From Nitrosopumilus sp. (GTDB taxonomy: Archaea; Thermoproteota; Nitrososphaeria; Nitrososphaerales; Nitrosopumilaceae), in assembly GCA_028335865.1 (NCBI GenBank), contig JAOKTA010000002.1:927-64926 (forward strand): a DNA stretch of 64,000 nt. Direction: 5' to 3'. Positions within the stretch are counted from its first letter, which is position 1. Each line of letters begins with the position of its first letter. Positions 27,421 through 36,568 of this stretch are shown one piece after another. The notes under the pieces were generated by a model. It had not been told where the DNA came from. It ran no database searches and worked only from the letters and a program-made list of their open reading frames with translations. The translations under genes and the position numbers were made by a program.

Positions 27421-28338
27421 TCAAGTCTTTGAAACTATCTCAAGTATGTCATTACATGAAGTTTGAATCGTTTCTACATGTTGTTGAAGAAGATTTGGAT
27501 CAGACTCGATGTCAAAAGCAATTTTTAGAATATGTATTAGATCCTGTTCCTTGTTTAAATCATCTTTAATTTTAATAAAATTCTCTTTATTCACATATAC
27601 CAAATAAAAATAACAATCAGAAAGCATCGAGTTTTTTAGGAAATAATCATATTTTTGTTTAATGAGTTGAGAATGATTATTTTTCTCAACTAAATCAGAA
27701 AACCCGATAGTAGATTTCAACATACGTTCAAGTAATGTAGGAGTAGCTCGCTCAATTCCAATAGTTTCTAAAATACCAGAAATATGATTATTGATAGAAC
27801 TTTTTTTAAATTTTCGAAGGGAATCAAGCGTATGTGAAGGACTAGACGGACTCTGATTGAAAGAAGATAAAGAATCAGCTAAATAATATGAAGCACATTT
27901 TTGCCAGCATGCCGCAAACACATCATCAGTTTGAATTGCATCTTTAGTTTTTTGACAACAAAAAAGAGATTCAATTAAAGAATTTTTTGCAGAATCAGAA
28001 AATAAGGAGTTACGTTTTTCAGAAATTGTAGAAAGTAGTATTTTTAAATTCCAGGAATCGTCTTGAAGAATATCTAATTTATCGTATTGTAAAAGTTTTT
28101 TTGTATTGGTTTCAGATAAGGAAGAATGATGAACTGTAATTAAATTATCATCAAATGCGATAATTTGTTTATCTGAAGAATTTTCATCAAACACCATAAG
28201 ATCATAATCACAGGAATCAAAGAAACACCCCGCAGTTCTACAACCACCCAATCCAATGGGGAAATTAGTTAATCCTTGTACTTCAATAAATTTTTTTAAA
28301 TCCACATTATCAGATGAACTAGTTTTTCTATAAACCAA
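27421..28338 (-). CDS. hypothetical protein with nucleotidyltransferase-like N-terminus
   Basis: GLGGC...SCDYDLMVF resembles the GS..DxD motif. Confidence 0.7.
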   Translation of the reverse strand: MVYRKTSSSDNVDLKKFIEVQGLTNFPIGLGGCRTAGCFFDSCDYDLMVFDENSSDKQIIAFDDNLITVHHSSLSETNTKKLLQYDKLDILQDDSWNLKILLSTISEKRNSLFSDSAKNSLIESLFCCQKTKDAIQTDDVFAACWQKCASYYLADSLSSFNQSPSSPSHTLDSLRKFKKSSINNHISGILETIGIERATPTLLERMLKSTIGFSDLVEKNNHSQLIKQKYDYFLKNSMLSDCYFYLVYVNKENFIKIKDDLNKEQDLIHILKIAFDIESDPNLLQQHVETIQTSCNDILEIVSKT

Positions 28339-28416
28339 TTAAGTCATAAATTTTTACAACTTCATTCAAACTCAAAACATTTCCTTTAAATTAAGATTGG
28401 ATTGTTTTTTTATCAA

Positions 28417-28491
28417 GCTCCTATAGTGTAGTCCGGTTAAGCATTTTGGCTTCTCAAGCCAAAGACTCGGGTTCGAATCCCGATGGGAGCA
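28417..28491 (+). tRNA. tRNA-Glu (CTC)
   Basis: Acceptor GCTCCTA/TGGGAGC, anticodon arm TTGGC-TTCTCAA-GCCAA, GGTTCGAATCC T-arm. Confidence 0.95.
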
Positions 28492-28547
28492 TTTTTAGAT
28501 AATTTGTAAGTTATTGGCTTAAATAACAAAATCATAGATCATACAGT

Positions 28548-29204
28548 GTGGGCCTAAAGGACATCAATCTCAAAGAAGAGTATCGCTCAGATGTGGATGA
28601 TATTATTGCAGAATTCTTCTTCCCTTGCTTGAGCAATTGCATCCAATATGACAGATGTGTAAATTATCTATCAATTCAAACACTAGCTACAATATCAATG
28701 GCCTTTGATAATTTTAATTCAGGTAAAGCAAAATTACGAATGATAACAGGACATAGATTCAAGATAGAGGATCTCAATTTATTGACAAAACTATTTTCTG
28801 AAAAATTTACAAAATCATTTGATGGTAAATTCATAAAAAATAGTAAAATTCAGAAATTGCAGGACATAGTAAATAATGGGCAAATTGAATTAAAAATTGC
28901 AATTCCAAATTCAGAACAAATAACAGATGCATTCTCAGAAAGAATTGGAATTTTTAAAGATGACAAGGATGGACAAGTTGCATTTACAGGAACATCAAAA
29001 GAATCATTTTCAAGTCAAACAAGGGATTTTGAATCAGTGGACGTCTTTACATCATGGAATGATAAAACAAGGGTTGAAAGAAAAATGGAAGATTTTGAGA
29101 AGTTATGGAATAATAAAACAAAGTATGTAGATGTTTGGGATTTTATGTATGCAGAAGAAAATAATCTTTTAAAATATTCATCAAAATGGGTGACACATGT
29201 TTAG
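28548..29204 (+). CDS. stand-alone phospholipase-D-like domain (as found N-terminal to SF2 helicases), catalytic motif degenerate
   Basis: EYRS..D.I..F..P, IGIFKD....VAFTGT...S, FES.DVF.SW, FE.LWNN. Confidence 0.7.
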   Translation: MGLKDINLKEEYRSDVDDIIAEFFFPCLSNCIQYDRCVNYLSIQTLATISMAFDNFNSGKAKLRMITGHRFKIEDLNLLTKLFSEKFTKSFDGKFIKNSKIQKLQDIVNNGQIELKIAIPNSEQITDAFSERIGIFKDDKDGQVAFTGTSKESFSSQTRDFESVDVFTSWNDKTRVERKMEDFEKLWNNKTKYVDVWDFMYAEENNLLKYSSKWVTHV

Positions 29205-29764
29205 AATTCAAAAGAATCTTCCAATCTTGATTTATTTTCAAAAAAATTCATTTTGTTAATTTTATAATAAATTACTTCCCCACGTCTTTCGATTACCGCA
29301 ATAATTGGCTCTTTTCCCATTTGGGTTATCTCGTCAATTTTTTTTTGCAGCACACTCATCTTCTCTTGTTGACCTTCATTGAGACCAAAAATCAGAAATT
29401 TTGCGCCTTTCTCACCAAAATGACCGCGCTCATAAACTCTAAAATCAGAGCCAAATCCAAAACCGTCTTTTACAACATATCCCCTAGTTTTCAAATCACG
29501 AAATATCAAAAACTTTGTAAGAATTTCAGAATTTGTTTTTTGGCAAATACTCATGTAAGTGTCAAAATTAATTTGATTTTTGTTTTTCTTTAAAATTAAT
29601 TTATGAGTATATAGCAAATACAGGGTTTCAAATTGTTTGAGAAGTAATTTTTCCTTTTGAATCTCACCATATCCCTTTTCTTCAAGATCATGGATCATGT
29701 TCTTATTGGAAATATAGACCTGATCTAAAATTAGATCACCACTAACTTCAGGTGTTTCATCCAT
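29201..29764 (-). CDS. endA: tRNA-splicing endonuclease subunit
   Basis: ETLYL, RDLKTRGYVVKDGFGFGSDFRVYERG. Confidence 0.88.
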   Translation of the reverse strand: MDETPEVSGDLILDQVYISNKNMIHDLEEKGYGEIQKEKLLLKQFETLYLLYTHKLILKKNKNQINFDTYMSICQKTNSEILTKFLIFRDLKTRGYVVKDGFGFGSDFRVYERGHFGEKGAKFLIFGLNEGQQEKMSVLQKKIDEITQMGKEPIIAVIERRGEVIYYKINKMNFFENKSRLEDSFEF

Positions 29765-29862
29765 AATGAACACAAAAATGGAAGATTTCCATATAAGCAT
29801 TGGAAATTGGGTCAAGATAGTTACTAACCGTTAAAATATGGGCATTCTTGGTTGAGATTATC

Positions 29863-30372
29863 ATGCATGGTGCAAATTACAGATATGGACGAGGTCAAGT
29901 ATTCACAAGAAAGGAATACATCAAAGGTAAACCACAAATTAAAATTGCAAAATTCCAAGGAGGTAAAAGAAATACTTACGAATACTGTGTTCAATTATTA
30001 CTAAAAGAAAAACTTCAGATCAGACACATGGCAATTGAATCAACTAGACTAGCAGCAAACAAAACACTAGAAAAAACAACTGGCGAATCAGGCTATTACA
30101 CAAGACTTAGAATTTATCCACATAACCTCTTAAGAGAAAATAAACAGATTGCCACTGCAGGTGCAGATAGGGTTTCAGAAGGAATGAGAAGATCATGGGG
30201 TAAAGCAACTAGTTTAGGTGCAAGAATCAAACAAGGACAATGTATAATGGAATTGTATGTTAACGGGGAAGCACATCTAACCGCAGCAAAAAAAGCACTT
30301 CACGGAGCATGTGTAAAATTACCAGGAACACCAATAATCAAAGTGATTGAATGGAATAAAGCATCACCATAG
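29863..30372 (+). CDS. rpl10e: 50S ribosomal protein L10e (uL16)
   Basis: LRIYPH..LRENK...AGADR.SEGMR.SWGK, KLP. Confidence 0.95.
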   Translation: MHGANYRYGRGQVFTRKEYIKGKPQIKIAKFQGGKRNTYEYCVQLLLKEKLQIRHMAIESTRLAANKTLEKTTGESGYYTRLRIYPHNLLRENKQIATAGADRVSEGMRRSWGKATSLGARIKQGQCIMELYVNGEAHLTAAKKALHGACVKLPGTPIIKVIEWNKASP

Positions 30373-30627
30373 ATGTTCTAAGTCAGGTTTCTTATTTTCA
30401 ATAAATTTTAAAAAGTCTTCAAATTCTTTTTTTGTAGGATCTCGTTTGAGAATTCTTTTAGTTTGATAGAAGAACGTGTTGTATAATCTACCAACGACAA
30501 TCCCCAGTGCAAAAGATTTGGAACTGTCAATGGTTGAAAGTAATTTAATTAATTCTTTGATGTCATCCTGGTTTGAAATACTATCTTGAATTTTTTGCTC
30601 AATTTTCTGTAGAAGGAGATCATCCAT
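30364..30627 (-). CDS. hypothetical protein
   Basis: 87 aa ORF. Confidence 0.7.
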   Translation of the reverse strand: MDDLLLQKIEQKIQDSISNQDDIKELIKLLSTIDSSKSFALGIVVGRLYNTFFYQTKRILKRDPTKKEFEDFLKFIENKKPDLEHLW

Positions 30628-30691
30628 GAATAGTCATTTCAATTAAAGCTTAAAAACGCTTAAATCTGCAAATCCAACCCTTCGTATTGTT

Positions 30692-30768
30692 GCAGTTATA
30701 GTACAGTCTGGTTAGTACTCGTGCTTGCCAAGTACGTGACCCGGGTTCAAATCCCGGTAACTGCACCA
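30692..30768 (+). tRNA. tRNA-Gly (GCC), CCA encoded
   Basis: Acceptor GCAGTTA/TAACTGC, anticodon arm CGTGC-TTGCCAA-GTACG, CCGGG-TTCAAAT-CCCGG T-arm. Confidence 0.95.
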
Positions 30769-31199
30769 TCTAAATCATTTTTAGGCTCCAAACCAGTTTT
30801 GATAATTTCAAGTGCATCGTGTGCTTTTTCAGGCCGAGGTAATTGAATCGCTATTACATTATCTTGCCCATATGCTGATTCGGGGGAATTAAGTACAAGC
30901 ATAGACGTATTTGCTAAAACTTCAAAGAATTTTAGATCAGTTTTTGCGTTGATAAGGAATTTTTCAGAAACATTGCCTACTGAAAAAGTCAAAATGATTT
31001 CAACAAAAACATTTCCCAATCCATCTTGAAGAATGTTAAGGTCGGTGTTAACAGAAAATGGCTGTCCCTCAATTTTGGCTCGAATTAGTCCGTACTTTTT
31101 TTCTTCGATTATTATGCAAGGAGTTTCCTTACCTTCAAAATCAAAAGTTGTAATTCCGTCATGAACACTGTCTAACATTTTTTGTAATTCATCAGACAT
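30747..31199 (-). CDS. hypothetical protein
   Basis: ORF downstream of the antiporter; likely start MSDELQ; 3' end overlaps tRNA-Gly. Confidence 0.7.
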   Translation of the reverse strand: MSDELQKMLDSVHDGITTFDFEGKETPCIIIEEKKYGLIRAKIEGQPFSVNTDLNILQDGLGNVFVEIILTFSVGNVSEKFLINAKTDLKFFEVLANTSMLVLNSPESAYGQDNVIAIQLPRPEKAHDALEIIKTGLEPKNDLDGAVTGI

Positions 31200-32520
31200 C
31201 TTCTTTCTCCTCCAATGCAGGTACAATTTTGTCACTGGCTTTCATTAAAAATGGAGAAATGAAAGCAGTGATAATTGAAATTATGCCCACCAATGGGAAC
31301 AAGAATGCACTTACTGCACCAATGTCTACTCCAACTTTAACAATCACGATAGAGAATTCACCGCGAGGAGCAGCTAATGTGAATGCAGAGCGAAGTGCCT
31401 TTCCACGTTTTTGCCTGAAAATAAAATTGCCCAGCATGTTACCACCAAATTTCATACCAGTGGCAACTGCAATCAAAGCAACTGCAATGAACATATAATT
31501 TTCAAGTTGTGAAACATCCATCAATGCACCAACTGAGATGAAGAATATTGCCACAAACATGTCTTTGATAGGACTTGAAAGTAATTTTGCAACTTCGGCG
31601 GATTTTGACTCTGCAACCAGTACGCCAGCTAAAAATGCACCGATGGCTACAGACAATCCCACAATATTTGCAAGTAAAGCATAACCAAAACAGAGTCCAA
31701 GAACACTCATTAGTAAAATTTCACGATTTTCTGCAGCTGCAACTCTATCAATTAGAGGAGGGATAACACGCGTTCCAACAGTAAATGTTCCTACGATAAG
31801 ACCGGCCGCAACTAACACGATTACAACAATGGATTCCAAAGATACAGATCCTACTAAAGCAACAGATTGTAATGTAGAAATTAAAATTACCGCTATAATA
31901 TCCTCTACAATCAAAATACCCAAAACAAGAGTAGAAGATCCTTTTTTAATTTTCCCCATCTCTTCTAAAAGTTTGACAATAATAGCAGTACTGGAAATTG
32001 ATAAAGCTGCAGAAATAAACAATGCATCCATAAATTCTAGACCCAGTGCAGTTGAAGTATAAAACAAAACACCCAGCGTAGAAAACAATCCGATAGAACC
32101 TACACCAACAGATACACGTCCAACTGATTTGATTTTAGCATATGGAAACTCAATACCAATTACAAATAGCAACAAGATAACACCAATTTCAGCAAAAAGA
32201 TTCAGTGCAGAAATATCAGATAAAATACCAACAGCATTCAACGAATCAGAAGCGGATCCACCTTCAGGTAAAATCCAAGTCCAAAGAGGAGATAACGGAC
32301 CAATAAGCATACCAGCAAAAAGATATCCGATAATCAAAGGTTGTTTGATTTTAAAAAAGGCAAGAGTGACAATAGAGCCAATAATCATGATAAAAGCTAA
32401 ATCAGTTACAAAGCTCGTGTGAGTAAGTTCAGGAGTTATTTGTTCAATCAAAGTATTGACAGTATTATCCAGAGAGTTTTGGATTACAGTAGAATCTATC
32501 TGTAATGAAAGATTTTGCAT
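31192..32520 (-). CDS. CPA2 cation:proton antiporter (KefB/NapA-like)
   Basis: GVILLLFVIGIE, SSTAI, ILIVEDI, GAFLAG, RGEFS. Confidence 0.92.
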   Translation of the reverse strand: MQNLSLQIDSTVIQNSLDNTVNTLIEQITPELTHTSFVTDLAFIMIIGSIVTLAFFKIKQPLIIGYLFAGMLIGPLSPLWTWILPEGGSASDSLNAVGILSDISALNLFAEIGVILLLFVIGIEFPYAKIKSVGRVSVGVGSIGLFSTLGVLFYTSTALGLEFMDALFISAALSISSTAIIVKLLEEMGKIKKGSSTLVLGILIVEDIIAVILISTLQSVALVGSVSLESIVVIVLVAAGLIVGTFTVGTRVIPPLIDRVAAAENREILLMSVLGLCFGYALLANIVGLSVAIGAFLAGVLVAESKSAEVAKLLSSPIKDMFVAIFFISVGALMDVSQLENYMFIAVALIAVATGMKFGGNMLGNFIFRQKRGKALRSAFTLAAPRGEFSIVIVKVGVDIGAVSAFLFPLVGIISIITAFISPFLMKASDKIVPALEEKEDV

Positions 32521-32657
32521 ACAATTGGTTAAGGATTTTCATTAAAAATGATTACTCAACATGAATTTAAAAATAAAATTAGTAAAAATATTCAAAAAAA
32601 GATGATCAAGTGATTATCAGTTTGAAACTTCTTTATGCCTAATAATCTCAGTCTAAT

Positions 32658-32721
32658 TGCAGAGTGATGAGTAGGTCAGCTGATTCAAATGAAGAGATAT
32701 GACCTGGGGTAACTGACTGCA
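32658..32721 (+). ncRNA. box C/D methylation guide sRNA
   Basis: Terminal stem TGCAG/CTGCA, C box GTGATGA, D' CTGA, C' ATGAAGA, D CTGA. Confidence 0.75.
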
Positions 32722-32756
32722 TTTATGGTTACATCATGATAACCTAATCATTAATA

Positions 32757-32770
32757 GTACGGTACCGTAC
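32757..32770. promoter_or_regulatory. perfect 14-bp palindrome GTACGGTACCGTAC between TATA-like box and a microprotein start
   Basis: Seen directly; GC-rich relative to background. Confidence 0.6.
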
Positions 32771-32778
32771 AGTACTAT

Positions 32779-32886
32779 ATGATTCAATGCGAATATTGTC
32801 CAAGAGGATTCATAGAAACAACAACGGGTCTGGCTGAGAAGACATTTCATGAACTACTTCATGAACCAGAAGTTGTAAACAAGTGA
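32779..32886 (+). CDS. 35-aa C2H2-like zinc finger microprotein
   Basis: MIQCEYCPRGFIETTTGLAEKTFHELLHEPEVVNK; CxxC-x3-F...HxxxH; T-rich tract follows. Confidence 0.65.
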   Translation: MIQCEYCPRGFIETTTGLAEKTFHELLHEPEVVNK

Positions 32887-32948
32887 CTCTTTACATTTTT
32901 TATTTTACACCTAACTTTTTTTATTATTAGTTTCTTAATTCAAGTAAG

Positions 32949-34454
32949 ATGGTATCTAAATCAATAAAGAAAAAGAGTGTTAAACCAATAAAAAAACAGC
33001 CAAATCCATCAGTTATTTTAAAGAAAGTGGCATCAGTTTCAGATTCCAATAAAGCATTACAAAAAGAAATTAAAGTCATGTCAAAGATTTTTGGGGAAAA
33101 TCAAAAAGTCCTAGTATCAATGAAGGGGATGATTGACACATTAACATCAACATTAGAACATATTCAAAAACAGTCAAAACAAATCAATAGTATAGAAGAT
33201 GACACACAGAAATTGTATGCAGGGTTAAACCAAGTCAGAACACAATCCAACTTAATTGATAAAATTAACAATCAAACTGAAAAACTTGAAAGTGAATTAA
33301 AACAAATTGCGGAGATACAAAAAACATCAAAACCTCTAGAGATATCTCAAAAAGTGGAAGAGAGTATGAACTCCATTACAAACAATTCTCAGATGATCAT
33401 AAAAATTGCTCAAAGAATTGATGAGGTAAGGGATGATCTAAGAGAAGTGTCTGGAAAAGCTAATTCGTTTTCAGAAATTAGTTCTGAGATGAATAAATTA
33501 AAAGAAAGTATTGAAGAGATTTCTGGGAAAACAGAAAATCTCAGCACAGGGACACAAGTAGTTGAGAGTTTGAAACAAGAATTTGAAAAAATAATTGAGG
33601 GTATTGCTGCAACATCAAGTCTTAATGCAGAATTAGAAGCAATCAAAATTACAATAGATACAGTGTCAGCAAAAGCATCAAAAATTGACTCGCTGGGAGG
33701 AGTAATTGAGGGTCTAAAACAAGAATTTGAGACAGTCTCAGCAAGTACAAAATCCAGTGACAGTATTAGTCTAGAATCAATTAAAGAATTAGGAGGTAAA
33801 ATAGATAAAATTGAGACAGAGATTGGATCATTGTCACAAAGAGCAGACTCCACAGCATTTGTAGGAGAAAATCTAAAATTAGTTCAAGAGGATTTCTCAA
33901 ATTTCAAATCCAACGTATATGGTAAAACAGATAACATTGAGCAAAAAATTGTTTCAGTATCAGATACTCTAAAAAGACAAGATGAATCTACTGCAGAATT
34001 TCACAAAAAATCCGAAAAACTGTTTCAAGAAATACAATCAGTTAGAAATGTTACAAACAAAGCTTCTAGTGATTCTTCAAAAGAAATGATGGCATTACTA
34101 AAACTATCAGAATATCAATCAAGCATCAGAATGAATACAGAATCAAAATATGGAGAAGCAAAAGATCTTGAAAAAATGGCAACTATGACATCAGAAATTG
34201 TAAACCTGTTTGATAAAATATCAATTGAATCAGATGAAAAAATACCTCTACCGCACGAAGTTAGACAGTGGGCGGTAAGTAAAATTTTAGATTGTGCAGA
34301 CAAATGGGAAATCAGGTTTAGTGACGTATACTCAATTTTAACAAATGCTATTGGAAGGGACATGTTAAAAGAATCAGTTAGAATTCAACAAGTAAGAGAC
34401 ATTTATGGAATTAGAGCAGTGGATGAAATTAGAAATGATCTAAATATTTCCTAA
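32949..34454 (+). CDS. long coiled-coil protein
   Basis: Heptad-rich, no TM; small globular C-terminal domain. Confidence 0.8.
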   Translation: MVSKSIKKKSVKPIKKQPNPSVILKKVASVSDSNKALQKEIKVMSKIFGENQKVLVSMKGMIDTLTSTLEHIQKQSKQINSIEDDTQKLYAGLNQVRTQSNLIDKINNQTEKLESELKQIAEIQKTSKPLEISQKVEESMNSITNNSQMIIKIAQRIDEVRDDLREVSGKANSFSEISSEMNKLKESIEEISGKTENLSTGTQVVESLKQEFEKIIEGIAATSSLNAELEAIKITIDTVSAKASKIDSLGGVIEGLKQEFETVSASTKSSDSISLESIKELGGKIDKIETEIGSLSQRADSTAFVGENLKLVQEDFSNFKSNVYGKTDNIEQKIVSVSDTLKRQDESTAEFHKKSEKLFQEIQSVRNVTNKASSDSSKEMMALLKLSEYQSSIRMNTESKYGEAKDLEKMATMTSEIVNLFDKISIESDEKIPLPHEVRQWAVSKILDCADKWEIRFSDVYSILTNAIGRDMLKESVRIQQVRDIYGIRAVDEIRNDLNIS

Positions 34455-36517
34455 GCACCAATTACGTCAGATTCTTTAAGTTGGGTTCTCTTTCGTTTTA
34501 ATGCAGCAAAGATTCCAATAATGACAGCCATCCAGATCACACTAGTAAACATATTTGAAATGCTCACATACATGTACGGAGTTGCATCCATAATGTTAGT
34601 TCGTAAAACATCGGCTCTGTTGTTAAGATCCAACATTCCTGTATGATATGCAGCGTTATCTTGAGGTATTGAAGATATATTTTCAACACTTTGAAGCATG
34701 GAAGTTACATCGTTATGAATTCTAATGAAATTAGTGGATTCAGTTGGAAATACCCAAACTGGATTTTTAGAAATAATGCTATTATCAGCATCAATAGTTT
34801 CAGGTAATTTCTCAATCAAAGGTTCCAAATCTAGTTGAATTGCAATTAGATGTGTACGAATAGTGTCAGGAGAAGATGAGCCTATAACACCATCAAAATG
34901 TCCTCTTACCCTATCCAAAGGATAGATATCAGAATTATATCCGTTGATAGCCATAACCCCTCCAAAAATAATTAAAGCTAAAACTCCGACCATAGATAAT
35001 TTGTAAACTGTATTTGCCATTTTTTCTTTCTTCGTCATTTTACGTTGTTTGCTTGATTTATTTCTTTTAAATTGAGTATGAGATAGACCCATGTAAGCAA
35101 TATAGAAAAATCCAATAGTTTGAATTGCAATGATAGGTACAAAGACAGGATTGTTGGAAAAAATTGAAATAAAAATTGCAAGTGTTCCATAAACTCCAAA
35201 AAATAGTTCTAAGAGAGTAGTTTGTGTAAAAGGTAAATTGTACGCCTTGCCTTTCCAATCATCATCTTTTTTGATTATGCCATATTTTGGAGTTCTAAGA
35301 AATTCATTTTTCCTGCCAAATAGCGCATCAAATACTGCAACGGTATTATTTACAGACATTCCAGCATTGTAAACTAACAATGCAGGCAACAGCTTAGCTT
35401 TAGACTTCCATGTTTTGCCATACATATTTCGTATAATCAGAACATATGCACCAGGTCCCATTGCAAGGTATGTTGCAAATGTAATCGCAGGTAGGAAACT
35501 AACAACATAAAGATTGACCTGACCTGCCAAAAGAATAGGCATAGCTAAAAATTGTATCAAAATTAATGGGTAAACAATATGACGGGTCAGTTGAATGAAA
35601 GCTTGAATCTTTGTTTCAACAGAAATTTTGCGTTGTACACTAATATCTAAAAGTAATTTTGTCGCACATTGGATAGATCCTTTTGCCCAACGGAATTGTT
35701 GTCTTTTTGCAGCATTCATTTGAGCAGGAAGTTCTGCATCAACTACAATGTCAGGTAAAAAGACGCATTTCCATCCTTTGATTTGCGCCCTATAACTTAG
35801 ATCAAGATCCTCAACGAGAGTTGCAGTATGCCAACCCCCGGCATCTTCAATACAATCACGTTTCCAAATTCCAGCAGTACCGTTAAAATTCATAAACAGA
35901 TGAGAATCACTTTTTGCTTTTTGTTCAATAAGCATATGAAAGTCAATGCTAAGTGCCTGTACTTGCGTAATAGTGGAATAATTTTCATTCACGTGACCCC
36001 AACGACATTGAATCAAACCTATGTTTGGTTTTGAAAAATGTGGAATTGCTCGTTTAAGAAACCAGGTTGGCGGAATAAAATCAGCGTCAAATATTGCTAC
36101 AAATTCAGAATCAGTTATTTGCATTGCATGTTTTAGAGCACCAGCTTTGTACCCTTTTCTTGTTCCACGTCGTATATGTTCAATTTGAAATCCTTGAGTT
36201 TTATAATATTTCACAGTTTTTGCTAGTAAATCAACAGTATCGTCATCAGAGTCATCTAAAACCATAATATTCATTTGATCTTTAGGGTAATCCAAATTGC
36301 AGACAGCGTCGACAAGTCGTTTTGCAACATATTTTTCATTGTATATCGGAAGCTGTATTGTAACTGAAGGAGTTCCTAAATCAACAGTTGGCAAAACACG
36401 ATTCCTTTTGTTGGCAAGAAATACAAGGTAATAGAAATTGCAAGTGTACGCAGTAATCAAAATTGCACAAATAATGAATAAGTCAAATACTAATTGAGTA
36501 AAAGGATTTCCAGCCAT
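34451..36517 (-). CDS. processive GT2 glycosyltransferase (cellulose-synthase-like)
   Basis: QLPIYNE, DDSDD, GYKAGAL, FDADF, VEDLD, QQFRW; multiple TM. Confidence 0.92.
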   Translation of the reverse strand: MAGNPFTQLVFDLFIICAILITAYTCNFYYLVFLANKRNRVLPTVDLGTPSVTIQLPIYNEKYVAKRLVDAVCNLDYPKDQMNIMVLDDSDDDTVDLLAKTVKYYKTQGFQIEHIRRGTRKGYKAGALKHAMQITDSEFVAIFDADFIPPTWFLKRAIPHFSKPNIGLIQCRWGHVNENYSTITQVQALSIDFHMLIEQKAKSDSHLFMNFNGTAGIWKRDCIEDAGGWHTATLVEDLDLSYRAQIKGWKCVFLPDIVVDAELPAQMNAAKRQQFRWAKGSIQCATKLLLDISVQRKISVETKIQAFIQLTRHIVYPLILIQFLAMPILLAGQVNLYVVSFLPAITFATYLAMGPGAYVLIIRNMYGKTWKSKAKLLPALLVYNAGMSVNNTVAVFDALFGRKNEFLRTPKYGIIKKDDDWKGKAYNLPFTQTTLLELFFGVYGTLAIFISIFSNNPVFVPIIAIQTIGFFYIAYMGLSHTQFKRNKSSKQRKMTKKEKMANTVYKLSMVGVLALIIFGGVMAINGYNSDIYPLDRVRGHFDGVIGSSSPDTIRTHLIAIQLDLEPLIEKLPETIDADNSIISKNPVWVFPTESTNFIRIHNDVTSMLQSVENISSIPQDNAAYHTGMLDLNNRADVLRTNIMDATPYMYVSISNMFTSVIWMAVIIGIFAALKRKRTQLKESDVIGA

Positions 36518-36568
36518 CTTTAGCTGCACAAAAGCGATAGTCGATATTTATAGTTGCAAAAAATGCAA

